The notes below the pieces were generated by a model that was given only the letters and a program-made list of their open reading frames with translations, was not told the DNA's origin and ran no database searches. A DNA stretch of 64,000 nt from an uncultured Aquificales bacterium (lineage in GTDB: Bacteria; Thermosulfidibacterota; Thermosulfidibacteria; Thermosulfidibacterales; Thermosulfidibacteraceae). Shown here one piece after another: positions 47,887-57,286 of this stretch. The translations under genes and the position numbers were made by a program. Within the stretch, counting starts at the first letter, position 1; each line of letters begins with the position of its first letter. The stretch is from assembly GCA_964453345.1 (NCBI GenBank), contig CAYVOC010000003.1, forward strand, positions 19,346 to 83,345, written 5' to 3'.

Positions 47887-48471
47887 ATGTTCAGGGTCTT
47901 TCTGAGCCTTGTTTTTCTCTTTGTGGCGGTTGCCGCCCATGCTCAGACCCCTTCTCAGGTGGTGAAGGGCTATGTCGATTCGATAATATCGGTCCTCAAG
48001 GATAAGAGGCTCTCTCCTGAAGAGAAGAAGAAGAAAATAGAGCGCATAATGGACGGGGCCATATACTGGGACAGGGTCGGCAGGATGGTGCTCGGAATAC
48101 ACGCCCGCAGGCTGCCCAAGAAGAAGGTGGAGGAGTTTACTCAGGTCTTTAGGAGGTTTGTCGCCAAGGTCTATGCCAAGAAGTTTGTCAAATACTCCAC
48201 AGGAAACGATCTTGACAAAATAAAGGTGGCATACAAGAGGGAGATAAGGGGCGAGGATACCGCCACCGTTCTCATGGACCTTACCACCGCCGAGGGCAAG
48301 GTGGTTCCCATAAGCTGCAAGCTTGTTAGGGTGGGGGACAGGTGGTTGATATACGATGTGTATGTTGAAGGGATAAGCATGGTCAACAACTACAGGGTTC
48401 AGGTGAACAGGGTGATAAACAAGAGGGGCTTTGAGCATCTGATGAAGGTTCTCAGGAGGAAGGTTGGTTAG
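47887..48471 (+). CDS. mlaC: MlaC/Ttg2D periplasmic lipid shuttle
   Basis: Signal peptide ending AHA, WLIYDVYVEGISMVNNYR. Confidence 0.9.
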   Translation: MFRVFLSLVFLFVAVAAHAQTPSQVVKGYVDSIISVLKDKRLSPEEKKKKIERIMDGAIYWDRVGRMVLGIHARRLPKKKVEEFTQVFRRFVAKVYAKKFVKYSTGNDLDKIKVAYKREIRGEDTATVLMDLTTAEGKVVPISCKLVRVGDRWLIYDVYVEGISMVNNYRVQVNRVINKRGFEHLMKVLRRKVG

Positions 48472-49693
48472 AAGGGGACTTTGGGTTTTCCTTTTGCTTT
48501 TCCTCTTTGCGGAGTGCTGGGCCCATCAGCACATAGAGGTTGAGCTCGGTGCTCCCGAGGTAAGGTTCTTTGTGGAGAGGTATCTTTCCAGGGACAGGGC
48601 CTGGGTTGAGGCCTCCTTCCGGAGGCTTTCCTATTACAGGGATGCAGTCGTTGCCACACTTAGAAGGCACGGGCTCCCAGAGGAGCTTGTGGTGCTTCCC
48701 ATACTTGAGAGCGGATACAGGGCAGATGCACGCTCTATCAGCGGGGCCTACGGGTTCTGGCAGTTTATGCGGTTCACCGCAAGAAGGTTCGGGCTAAGGG
48801 TCAACTACTGGATTGACGAAAGGGCACATATAGAAAGGGCCACGGAGGCGGCCGCCTCCTATCTTGAGTATCTCTATTCAAGGTTCGGGGACTGGGCCCT
48901 CGCCCTTGCCGCCTATAACGCGGGAGAGGGGTATGTGAGGGATGTGATGGAGGCCACAGGTATCGACGATTACTGGCTTTTGTGCAGGCTCGGGCTTCTG
49001 GACAGGCAGGTGAGGGAGTTCGTCCCGAGGTTCATGGCCCTTCTGTGGATATACGAAAATAGGTCTTCTCTGGGTCTGGAGATACCAGCCGGAGAGGGGC
49101 TTGCGAAGGTGTGGGTCCCCGGGGGGATCCACCTGGAGAGCCTGGCGAGAAGGGCGGGGATTGATCCTGCCCTTTTCAGGGAGCTGAACGCCTTTGTCAG
49201 AAGGGGGGTGACCCCTCCGTCAGGCGTCAGGCTTTTCGTTCCCAAGAGAAAGGTGGCGGCGGTTGTCAGGGCATACAGGTGGATGGTGGCTTCTATGAAG
49301 GCCAAGGAGAGGGGAATTGGCAGGCTTGCGGGATACTGGATGGGGTATGTGGTGAGAAGGGGGGATTCTCTCTGGACCATATCGAAAAGGTTCGGGGTTT
49401 CTGTTTCGCTTATCAGGCTTGTTAACGGTGTGAGGGGTAATCTGATAAGGGCTGGAGATGTTCTGCTCATTCCCACGAAGAGGTTGAAGGCGAAGATAGT
49501 GGCCCTGGATGAAAGGAGGGGAATTCTGCTCTACAGGGTGGACAGAGGAGATACCCTGTGGAAGGTGGCGAAGATCTTCGGGGTGACCTATCGTGATCTT
49601 GTGAAGGAGAACGGTCCCGCTGTAAAAAGAAGGCTTGTTCCGGGGCAGTTTTTGAAGGTTTCCCTTCTGGGCGTTGGTGATGAGAACGGCTAA
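48464..49693 (+). CDS. MltD-like lytic transglycosylase with two LysM domains
   Basis: LPILESGY, GFWQFM, LALAAYNAGEG, YVVRRGDSLWTISKRFG, YRVDRGDTLWKVA. Confidence 0.9.
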   Translation: MVRRGLWVFLLLFLFAECWAHQHIEVELGAPEVRFFVERYLSRDRAWVEASFRRLSYYRDAVVATLRRHGLPEELVVLPILESGYRADARSISGAYGFWQFMRFTARRFGLRVNYWIDERAHIERATEAAASYLEYLYSRFGDWALALAAYNAGEGYVRDVMEATGIDDYWLLCRLGLLDRQVREFVPRFMALLWIYENRSSLGLEIPAGEGLAKVWVPGGIHLESLARRAGIDPALFRELNAFVRRGVTPPSGVRLFVPKRKVAAVVRAYRWMVASMKAKERGIGRLAGYWMGYVVRRGDSLWTISKRFGVSVSLIRLVNGVRGNLIRAGDVLLIPTKRLKAKIVALDERRGILLYRVDRGDTLWKVAKIFGVTYRDLVKENGPAVKRRLVPGQFLKVSLLGVGDENG

Positions 49694-49949
49694 GGTTGCA
49701 TCTTTGCTGCTGGTTCTGATGATTACAGCCTTTGGCCTGTTCTTATACACCAAGGCGTATTTTTCCCCCAGCTACATACACTACAGGGTTGGGGAGAGGC
49801 TCTACAGGGAGGGGAAATACAGGGCAGCCTACGAGGAGTTCAAGAGGGCCTTTGAGCTCGATCCCTACAACAGGGCTGCAAGACAGAGGCTTGCGGATCT
49901 GAAGAGGATGCTGGGCTATGGCAGAACGCTCGCTCCTAAAAAAGATTGA
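49674..49949 (+). CDS. Small membrane-anchored TPR protein
   Basis: N-terminal TM helix and a single TPR (GERLYREGKYRAAYEEFKRAFELDPYN). Confidence 0.7.
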   Translation: MVMRTAKVASLLLVLMITAFGLFLYTKAYFSPSYIHYRVGERLYREGKYRAAYEEFKRAFELDPYNRAARQRLADLKRMLGYGRTLAPKKD

Positions 49950-50163
49950 CGCGCTTATCTCCTCCCTGCAGGTTCTGGGAGCGAAGGTTGATGAGCTGAA
50001 GGAGGAGAATGAGAGGCTGAAGAATGAGCTTGAGGAGGCTCACGCCAGGATACGGGTCCTTGAGGAGGAGAGGGAGAGGGTAAGATCAAGGTTGAAGGGC
50101 CTCCTTCAGAGGCTGTCTCGGATAGAGGAATCCATCCTGAAGAGGGAGAGGATTGGCGGGTAG
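49918..50163 (+). CDS. zapB: ZapB-like coiled-coil cell division protein
   Basis: Pure coiled coil (LKEENERLKNEL..EEERERVRSRLKGLLQRL), upstream of a zapA-like gene. Confidence 0.65.
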   Translation: MAERSLLKKIDALISSLQVLGAKVDELKEENERLKNELEEAHARIRVLEEERERVRSRLKGLLQRLSRIEESILKRERIGG

Positions 50164-50476
50164 GGAGTTTGTTTTTGAGCTTTTCGGGATAAGGAAGAAG
50201 GTGAGGGGACCCCTGCTGGGGGATGAGGATGCCAAGGAGATTTCCTCCTACCTTGAGAGGGTCCTTGTTGAAATTTTTGGCAGGTCCGCTGCCAGGTCTT
50301 TTGCTTATAACATGATGAAAGACAAGGCTCTTCTCTCGCTCGTCTTGAAGATTTCCTGGGATTACATTAAACTAAAAAGGCAGGTTGAAGGGCTTGAGAG
50401 GGAGCTGTCCGAGAGGATGGATGAGGCCCTTCGCCTTGCTGATTATATAAACAGCTACGTGGAAGAGGGGAGGTAG
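50153..50476 (+). CDS. zapA: ZapA-like protein
   Basis: N-terminal beta hairpin FELFG, helical C-terminus, and synteny with zapB...ygfA-rny-ymdB. Confidence 0.55.
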   Translation: MAGREFVFELFGIRKKVRGPLLGDEDAKEISSYLERVLVEIFGRSAARSFAYNMMKDKALLSLVLKISWDYIKLKRQVEGLERELSERMDEALRLADYINSYVEEGR

Positions 50477-50482
50477 TTAATC

Positions 50483-50504
50483 GCCGCCCTTTGAGGTGGC
50501 TTTT
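50483..50504 (+). terminator. Putative intrinsic terminator after zapA
   Basis: GCCGCC-CTTTGA-GGTGGC (6-bp stem with one G-U pair) followed by TTTT. Confidence 0.5.
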
Positions 50505-50546
50505 ATCATAGATTCCCTCCCCCGTGGTGCCGTCAGGGTGCGTATT

Positions 50547-51797
50547 ATGTATGAGCCTTTGTATAAGCGGGTTAGACCGGATGATATAGATGAGGTTGTC
50601 GGACAGAGTCATCTTTTGGGGGAAGGGGCGCCTCTGAGGGGGCTGATAAACAAAAAAGCCCTTCCCTCCATGCTCTTTTACGGCCCTCCCGGAACGGGTA
50701 AGACCCTCGTGGCGGAGCTTCTGGCGAAGGTTGTGGATGCGGATTTTGTCAAGCTTTCAGCTCCCTTGGTGGGGGTTTCGGATATAAAGAGGGTTGCCGA
50801 AGATGCCCGAAAAAACAGGCGGTGGGGCAGGGATACGGTCCTTTTCCTTGACGAGATCCACCGATTCAACAGGGCGCAGCAGGATGTTCTCCTTCCCTAT
50901 CTTGAGGATGGGATACTGATACTTATAGGCGCCTCCACGGAAAACCCCATTTTTGCCCTGAACAGTGCCCTTGTTTCGAGGCTTATGGTTTTTGAATTTA
51001 AGCCCTTGAGCGAGGATGAGCTTTTCAAGATTTTGAAGATGGCCCTGAGGAAGCTTGGTATTGAGGGGCGTGTGGATGAAAAAGCCTTAAAGGTTATTGC
51101 GGGAAGGGCCGGTGGGGATGCGAGGAAGGCTCTCAATATCCTTGAGCTTGTCCTTGATGCCACGGAGGGATCCGTGGATGAGGAGGCGGTGCTGAGAATT
51201 CTCGGTGGCCCCTCCCACATCAGATACGATAGGCAGGAGCACTACGATGTTGTTTCCGCCTTTATAAAGAGTCTCAGGGGCTCGGACCCTGATGCTGCCC
51301 TATACTGGCTGGCCGTGATGCTGGAGGCGGGAGAGGATCCCTTATACATCACCAGAAGGCTTATGATCCTTGCTGCTGAGGACGTTGGGATGGCGGATCC
51401 TGCGGCCATTATGGTCGCGGCCTCTGCCCACCAGGCTGTTTCCCATGTGGGGATGCCGGAGGGGGAGCTTATTTTGGCCTTTGCCACTGTTTATCTCGCT
51501 ACGGCTCCCAAGAGCAACTCCTGTTATCTTGCTATAAGAAAGGCTCTGGATTTTGTGAAGAGACACCCTGATGTGGAGGTGCCCGTTTACCTGAGGGATT
51601 CCCACGCCTGGCAGAGGAGAGGATCGTCCGAGCGGTATCTGTATCCCCACGATTACGCCGGTGGCTTTGTGAAGCAGAGATACATGCCCTTTGATGAGGT
51701 CTTTTATCTTCCCAAGGATGTTGGGAGGGAGGAGAGGGTTGCAAAGAGGCTCAAAAGTTTGTGGCCTGAAAGATACTCTAAGAAGAAGGATGCTTGA
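50547..51797 (+). CDS. rarA: Replication-associated recombination protein A (RarA/MgsA)
   Basis: VVGQSHLLG, YGPPGTGKT, LDEIHRFNRAQQD, ASTENP, SAFIKSLRGSDPDAALYWL, YLYPHDY. Likely ATG at 50547. Confidence 0.96.
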   Translation: MYEPLYKRVRPDDIDEVVGQSHLLGEGAPLRGLINKKALPSMLFYGPPGTGKTLVAELLAKVVDADFVKLSAPLVGVSDIKRVAEDARKNRRWGRDTVLFLDEIHRFNRAQQDVLLPYLEDGILILIGASTENPIFALNSALVSRLMVFEFKPLSEDELFKILKMALRKLGIEGRVDEKALKVIAGRAGGDARKALNILELVLDATEGSVDEEAVLRILGGPSHIRYDRQEHYDVVSAFIKSLRGSDPDAALYWLAVMLEAGEDPLYITRRLMILAAEDVGMADPAAIMVAASAHQAVSHVGMPEGELILAFATVYLATAPKSNSCYLAIRKALDFVKRHPDVEVPVYLRDSHAWQRRGSSERYLYPHDYAGGFVKQRYMPFDEVFYLPKDVGREERVAKRLKSLWPERYSKKKDA

Positions 51798-52326
51798 GCT
51801 GCGAAGGTCTATTCCGGAATCGGAGAGGAGCAGAAGGGGGGTGATAGTGGCGGAAAGGTTGAGGGCAATGGCGGAGTTTAAAAGGTCAGAGGTTGTGGCG
51901 CTCTTTTACCCCATAAGGGGTGAGGTGGATCTTCTTTCAACCTTAAAGAAGGAGGAAAAGCTCTTCTGTCTTCCCAAGGTGAAGGGGAAGAGGCTTCTGT
52001 TCGGGAGAGTGGAGCAGAGGCTCGTTGAGGGAAGCTTCGGGATACCGGAGCCTGAGGTGGCGGATGTTGATTTTAAGGATATAGATCTTTTTGCGGTGCC
52101 GGCTCTGGCCTATGATTTTGATTGTTTCAGGCTGGGTTACGGCGGAGGCTACTACGACAGGCTTATAAAGGGGAGGCTGCCCCACCAGGTATTTATCGGG
52201 GTGGCCTATGACTTTCAGCTTGTGGACAGTATCGGGCCCGAGCCCTGGGATGCTCCGGTGGATGTGGTCTTGACCGAATCCAACATCATCTACAGGGCTA
52301 CTGCCACAAAACTTCGAGGGAGGTAG
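51691..52326 (+). CDS. ygfA: 5-formyltetrahydrofolate cyclo-ligase (start uncertain)
   Basis: GEVD, FGIPEP, VPALAYD..FRLGYGGGYYDR, EPWDAPVDVVLTE. Confidence 0.92.
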   Translation: MMRSFIFPRMLGGRRGLQRGSKVCGLKDTLRRRMLELRRSIPESERSRRGVIVAERLRAMAEFKRSEVVALFYPIRGEVDLLSTLKKEEKLFCLPKVKGKRLLFGRVEQRLVEGSFGIPEPEVADVDFKDIDLFAVPALAYDFDCFRLGYGGGYYDRLIKGRLPHQVFIGVAYDFQLVDSIGPEPWDAPVDVVLTESNIIYRATATKLRGR

Positions 52327-52329
52327 ACC

Positions 52330-53913
52330 ATGGGATTTGTGATGCTGATTCTGGGGGTGGTTGTAGGTGCCGCTGCTGGCGGCTTTGTGGCCTACAGTTT
52401 CTTTCAGAGTGCGGGTAAGGAGAAGTTGAGCGAGGCGAGAAGAGAGGCTGCCAAGATCATTGATGAGGCGAGGAAGGAGGCCGAGGCCCTTAAGAAGGAG
52501 AAGCTGCTTGAGGCCAAGGAGGAGATACACAGGCAGAGGGCCGAGCTTGAGGAGGAGATGCGCAAAAAGAGGCTGGAGCTTGAGAAGTTTGAGGGCAGGC
52601 TCGCCCTGAAGGAAGAGAACCTTGAGCGCAAGTATCAGAGCTTGGAGATGAAGGAGAAGGAGCTGAGGCTGCTTGAGGAGGGGGTGAAGAAGAAGGAGGA
52701 GGAGCTTGAGAAGATCAGGCAGGAGCTTGAGGAGGCCAGAAAGCAGGTTGAGCAGGAAAGGGAAGAGGTGAGGCTGAAGCTTCAGCAGGTGGCCAAGATG
52801 ACCGAGGAGGAGGCCAAGGAGGCCTTGAAGAACGCCATGATAGAGGAGGCCAAGAAGGAGGCCTACGAGATAGTCAGGGCCATAGAGGAGGAGGCAAAGG
52901 AGACCGCCGACAGAAAGGCCAAGGAGATAATAGCCACGGCCATCCAGAGGTATGCGGCGGACGAGGTTTCTGAGATAACCGTTTCCGTTGTGCACCTGCC
53001 TTCGGATGAGATGAAGGGCAGGATCATAGGAAGGGAGGGCAGAAACATCCGCGCCTTTGAGGCGGCCACCGGAGTGGATCTGATAATTGACGACACTCCG
53101 GAGACGGTGGTTCTCTCCTGCCACGATCCCGTTAGAAGGGAGATAGCCAGAAGGGCCCTTGAGGCTCTGGTTAAGGATGGCAGGATCCATCCCGCCAGCA
53201 TAGAGGAGATGGTCAAGCGCAAGACCAGAGAGGTGGAGAACTACATGAAGGAGCTGGGTGAGGCCACCGTCTTTGAGCTGGGGATACACAATCTGCACCC
53301 GGAGCTGGTGAAGCTCATAGGCAGGCTCCACTTCAGAACGAGCTACGCCCAGAACATGCTTGAGCATTCCAAGGAGGTGGCCGTCTTCTGTGGTATCATG
53401 GCGGCGGAGCTCGGCCTGGATGTTCCCTTCGCCAAAAGGATAGGGCTTTTGCACGATATAGGGAAGGCGGTGGATCACGACATAGAGGGATCCCATGCCC
53501 TCATAGGTGCGGATCTTGCCCGTAAATACGGGGAGAGCGAGAAGGTCGTTAACGCCATAGCCTCCCACCACGGTGAGGTTGATCCTCAAACCCCTGAGGC
53601 CGTTCTTCTTGCGGCCGCCGATGCCCTCTCTGCTGCAAGGCCCGGTGCCAGAAGGGAGATGGTTGAGGCCTATCTCAAGCGCATAGCCAGGATGGAGGAG
53701 ATAGCCAAGTCCTTCAAGGGCGTTGAGCGCTGCTACGCCATACAGGCGGGTAGGGAGCTGAGGGTGATCGTTATTCCTGAAGAGATCTCCGATGAGGAGA
53801 CCTACTTTCTGGCCAAGGAGATTGCCAAAAGGCTTAAGGACGAGCTCACCTATCCCGGTCAGATAAAGGTCCATGTGATAAGGGAGACCAGGGCTGTGGA
53901 GTATGCAACATGA
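52330..53913 (+). CDS. rny: Ribonuclease Y
   Basis: TM anchor, long coiled coil, KH domain [16 protein letters not shown] domain [17 protein letters not shown]. Confidence 0.97.
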   Translation: MGFVMLILGVVVGAAAGGFVAYSFFQSAGKEKLSEARREAAKIIDEARKEAEALKKEKLLEAKEEIHRQRAELEEEMRKKRLELEKFEGRLALKEENLERKYQSLEMKEKELRLLEEGVKKKEEELEKIRQELEEARKQVEQEREEVRLKLQQVAKMTEEEAKEALKNAMIEEAKKEAYEIVRAIEEEAKETADRKAKEIIATAIQRYAADEVSEITVSVVHLPSDEMKGRIIGREGRNIRAFEAATGVDLIIDDTPETVVLSCHDPVRREIARRALEALVKDGRIHPASIEEMVKRKTREVENYMKELGEATVFELGIHNLHPELVKLIGRLHFRTSYAQNMLEHSKEVAVFCGIMAAELGLDVPFAKRIGLLHDIGKAVDHDIEGSHALIGADLARKYGESEKVVNAIASHHGEVDPQTPEAVLLAAADALSAARPGARREMVEAYLKRIARMEEIAKSFKGVERCYAIQAGRELRVIVIPEEISDEETYFLAKEIAKRLKDELTYPGQIKVHVIRETRAVEYAT

Positions 53914-54692
53914 GGATACTCTTTATAGGCGATATAGTGGGGAAGCCGGGCAGAAGGGCTGTGAAGCTCTGGCTTCCCCTTCTCAAGGAGAAGTATGATC
54001 CTCAGCTTGTGATAGCCAACGGGGAGAATGCGGCCGGGGGCTTCGGGCTTACCAAGGAGACCTATCAGGAGCTGATCGATGCCGGAATAGATGTTCTGAC
54101 CGGGGGCAACCACATATGGGACAAGAAGGAGTTCGTTAAGGAGATGGACTCCTTTGAACATGTTTTGAGACCCGCCAACTACCCGGAGGGGGTCCCCGGC
54201 AGGGGATGGCTTGTGAGGCATGTGGGGGATGTTCCTGTTGCGGTGATAAACCTGCAGGGGCGGATATTTATGGAGTGCATAGACTGCCCCTTCAGAACGG
54301 CGGATGCGCTGCTTAAACTTATAGGGGATGATATCAGGGTAAAGATAGTTGACTTCCACGCTGAGGCCACCGCTGAAAAGTCCCTTTTAGCCTTCTATCT
54401 TACGGGAAGGGTCACGGCGGTTCTGGGGACCCACACCCACGTTCAGACCTGCGATGAGCGCATCCTTGATGATTACACCGGCTTTATCACGGATGTGGGG
54501 ATGACGGGCCCTGTAAACTCTTCCATAGGCATGGATTTTCCGGAGGTGCTTGAAAGAATCATCTACCATCTTCCCAGGAAGTTTAAGGTGGCCAAGGGCC
54601 CTGTTATGCTTAACGCTGTGCTTCTGGAGGTTGATGAAACGACGGGCAGGTGCTTAAAGATTGAGAGGATCAACCTTAAAGAGGGGAGCTGA
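53910..54692 (+). CDS. ymdB: YmdB / TIGR00282 metallophosphoesterase
   Basis: [48 protein letters not shown]. Confidence 0.95.
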   Translation: MRILFIGDIVGKPGRRAVKLWLPLLKEKYDPQLVIANGENAAGGFGLTKETYQELIDAGIDVLTGGNHIWDKKEFVKEMDSFEHVLRPANYPEGVPGRGWLVRHVGDVPVAVINLQGRIFMECIDCPFRTADALLKLIGDDIRVKIVDFHAEATAEKSLLAFYLTGRVTAVLGTHTHVQTCDERILDDYTGFITDVGMTGPVNSSIGMDFPEVLERIIYHLPRKFKVAKGPVMLNAVLLEVDETTGRCLKIERINLKEGS

Positions 54693-55561
54693 TGGAAACA
54701 AGAATCCTTTCCGGCAGGGAGCTTGCAGAGAGCGTCCTAAGGAGGGTTGGAGAAAGGATTTCCCGTTATGTTGAGCAGGGGCGCAGGCCACCCGGGCTTG
54801 CGGTTCTGCTTGTGGGGGATGATCCGGCATCAAGGATATACGTGGGCAAAAAGAAAGAGGCCTGTGAGAGGGTGGGGATACGCTCCTTCTGTAAAGAGCT
54901 TCCGGCGGATGTATCCTTTGAGAGTCTAAGGGGGATCATACAGGAGCTGAACGAAAGAGAGGATGTGGATGGGATTCTGCTTCAGCTTCCGTTGCCGGAG
55001 GCCTTGAGGGATAGGACCTTAGAGCTTCTCTATACCATATCGCCCGATAAGGATGTGGATGGCTTTCATCCCTACAACGTTGGGCTTCTCGCCATAGGGG
55101 ACGAAAGGGCCATTAAGCCCTGCACCCCCAAGGGTGTGATGTATATGCTGGATCATTACGGTATAGAGGTTGAGGGCAGAGATGTGGCCATGGTGGGGGC
55201 GAGCAATATTGTCGGTAAACCCATGGCCCTGATGCTTGTAAACAGGATGGCAACCGTATCTGTGTGCCACATAAAGACCCGCTGCGTTGAGGAGTTTACC
55301 AAAAGGGCGGATATTGTGATCTCCGCCACGGGTGTTCCCCATCTTATCAAGAGAGGTATGGTGAGGCAGGGGGCGGTTGTTATAGATGTGGGCATATCGA
55401 GGCTGAATGGCAGGATCGTGGGGGATGTGGACTTTGAGGCCATGCTGGGGCACGCATCTGCCGTCACCCCCGTTCCCGGTGGGGTGGGACCCATGACGGT
55501 TGCCATGCTGATGGAGAACACCTTGGAGTGCTATGAGAGAAGAGAGAATATACACGGTTAG
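54692..55561 (+). CDS. folD: Methylenetetrahydrofolate dehydrogenase/cyclohydrolase
   Basis: GDDPASRIYV, QLPLP, KDVDGFHP, PCTPKG, TPVPGGVGPMTVAML. Confidence 0.97.
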   Translation: METRILSGRELAESVLRRVGERISRYVEQGRRPPGLAVLLVGDDPASRIYVGKKKEACERVGIRSFCKELPADVSFESLRGIIQELNEREDVDGILLQLPLPEALRDRTLELLYTISPDKDVDGFHPYNVGLLAIGDERAIKPCTPKGVMYMLDHYGIEVEGRDVAMVGASNIVGKPMALMLVNRMATVSVCHIKTRCVEEFTKRADIVISATGVPHLIKRGMVRQGAVVIDVGISRLNGRIVGDVDFEAMLGHASAVTPVPGGVGPMTVAMLMENTLECYERRENIHG

Positions 55562-56879
55562 CGAAATTACGGAGATTATAAGGGGGCTTTTCGAGAGGGA
55601 GTTTGAGCTTCCCGTCTCCATAAGGGGCGAGATATCCAACCTTGATCGCTCCCAGAGGGGCCATTTCTACTTCACCCTCAAGGATTCGGGCGCCCAGATA
55701 AGGGCTGTTCTATACAAGGGAAGGGCGAGGAACTATCTTGATATGCTAAAGAACGGCGTTGAGGTTGTCTGCACAGGCTTCCTTGAGGTTTACGCTCCCA
55801 GGGGGGAGTATCAGGTAAACGTTCTCAGCATGAAGAGGGTGGGGCTTGGCGCCCTTTATCTTGAGTTTGAAAGGCTAAAAAAACTGCTTGAAAAGGAAGG
55901 ATTGTTTGACGAGGCCTACAAAAAGCCCATACCCCTTCTTCCCAGAAGGATAGGCATCGTCACCTCCCCTGAGGGAGCCGCCATACGGGACATAATAAGG
56001 ATAATAAGGGAGAGCGGCTACGGGTTTCAGCTCATCATATACCCCTCCCACGTTCAGGGGGCTCAGGCGGCCAAGGAGATAGTTGAGGGAATAAGGTTCT
56101 TCAACCAGATGGATGTGGATCTCATAGTGCTCGCCAGAGGTGGAGGGTCCATAGAGGATCTGTGGGCCTTTAACGAGGAGATTGTGGCGAGGGCCATATT
56201 TGAGTCAGAGGTTCCCGTGATATCGGCGGTCGGGCATGAGAGGGACTACACCATATCAGATTTTGTGGCGGATCACAGGTGTGCAACCCCCACCCATGTG
56301 GCCGCCTTTCTCGTGGAAAGGGAGAGGCGTTTGAGGGAGTTTCTAAGAAAGTCTGAGATGCTCATGAACAGGCGCATACAGAACCTTTTGAGCCATTACA
56401 GGAAGGATCTTGTGCAGCTCAAAAAGATCCTTACCTATCGGGATCCCAGGAGGAGGGTGTCTGAGGCCATAAGAAGGCTTGATGAGCTTACAGACAGGAT
56501 GCACAGGGCCGTGTTTTTGGGAATCGGCAGAAAGAGGGATAGGCTTGTCGGTTTCAGGAAGCTTCTTGATGCCAGAAGTCCGGTCAGGGTTCTGAAGAGC
56601 AGCAGAGATAGGCTGACAGATCTTGAGGGGCGTCTTATTCGGATCATGAAGGACAGGATTGAGGCGAGAAACAACAGGCTGAGGCTTTCCCTGTCGAAGC
56701 TTGAGGCCCTCTCTCCCAGAAAGGTTCTCTCAAGGGGATACGCCATATGCTATTACCAGGGCAGGGTGGTTAAGGATGTCAATCAGCTTCCAAAAAACGC
56801 CCTTGTGTTTGTAGAGCTTGCCAAGGGAGCCATGGAATGCCGGGTTCAAAGGAAAAGACCCTTATACACGAGCTGCTAA
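55533..56879 (+). CDS. xseA: Exodeoxyribonuclease VII large subunit
   Basis: GEISN, GHFYFTLKD, IVTSPEGAAIRD, RGGGSIEDLWAFNEE, SAVGHE, LSPRKVLSRGY. Confidence 0.96.
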   Translation: MREERIYTVSEITEIIRGLFEREFELPVSIRGEISNLDRSQRGHFYFTLKDSGAQIRAVLYKGRARNYLDMLKNGVEVVCTGFLEVYAPRGEYQVNVLSMKRVGLGALYLEFERLKKLLEKEGLFDEAYKKPIPLLPRRIGIVTSPEGAAIRDIIRIIRESGYGFQLIIYPSHVQGAQAAKEIVEGIRFFNQMDVDLIVLARGGGSIEDLWAFNEEIVARAIFESEVPVISAVGHERDYTISDFVADHRCATPTHVAAFLVERERRLREFLRKSEMLMNRRIQNLLSHYRKDLVQLKKILTYRDPRRRVSEAIRRLDELTDRMHRAVFLGIGRKRDRLVGFRKLLDARSPVRVLKSSRDRLTDLEGRLIRIMKDRIEARNNRLRLSLSKLEALSPRKVLSRGYAICYYQGRVVKDVNQLPKNALVFVELAKGAMECRVQRKRPLYTSC

Positions 56880-57286
56880 GAAAGATTGAAGAGAGGTTTG
56901 GCATCCCCCGGGATCTTTTTGAGGGGTATTGCATATACGAGAGGAGAAAGGGGGAGTTCTGGATATCGAGCCGCTTTGGTTGCGGCCTGGATGATTCCTT
57001 CGTTGCGCGAAGGGGATTGAAGTTTGCCCAGGTTTTTTCCAAGGGCGGCTTTAGACTTTCAACCAGCGCCATACAGCTTTTCGGTGGATACGCCACGAGG
57101 TGCGTGGTGGAGCTTGAGGAGGATGAGAGGGAGGCCTACATAAGGGGCCAGGATCTGCCGGATCGCTGGGGAGCGCCACCGGGGCAGATAATAGTCCGCT
57201 ATCGGGGAATACCCTTGGGGTCGGCGGTTGTAGTTGAGGGAAGGCTCAAGAATCAGGTTCCCACCGCAAGAAGGGTGAGGGGTTGA
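56837..57286 (+). CDS. Stand-alone RsmF-C/NIP7-like (pre-PUA/PUA) RNA-binding protein
   Basis: EERFGIP, RLSTSAIQLFGGYATRCVVEL, AYIRGQDL, IVRYRGIPLGSA..GRLKNQVP resemble the C-terminal domains of RsmF/YebU. Confidence 0.55.
   Translation: MPGSKEKTLIHELLRKIEERFGIPRDLFEGYCIYERRKGEFWISSRFGCGLDDSFVARRGLKFAQVFSKGGFRLSTSAIQLFGGYATRCVVELEEDEREAYIRGQDLPDRWGAPPGQIIVRYRGIPLGSAVVVEGRLKNQVPTARRVRG

Noticed and set aside
52430-52930. Repeat-like GAGGAG/AAGAAG tract
   Set aside because: It encodes the RNase Y coiled coil. There is no fixed-length repeat-spacer pattern, so it is not a CRISPR array or tandem repeat.
51943-53874. 643-aa antisense ORF opposite rny/ygfA
   Set aside because: Shadow ORF produced by the GAG/AAG-rich coiled-coil codons of rny. 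It is Leu-rich and low-complexity, with no motifs.
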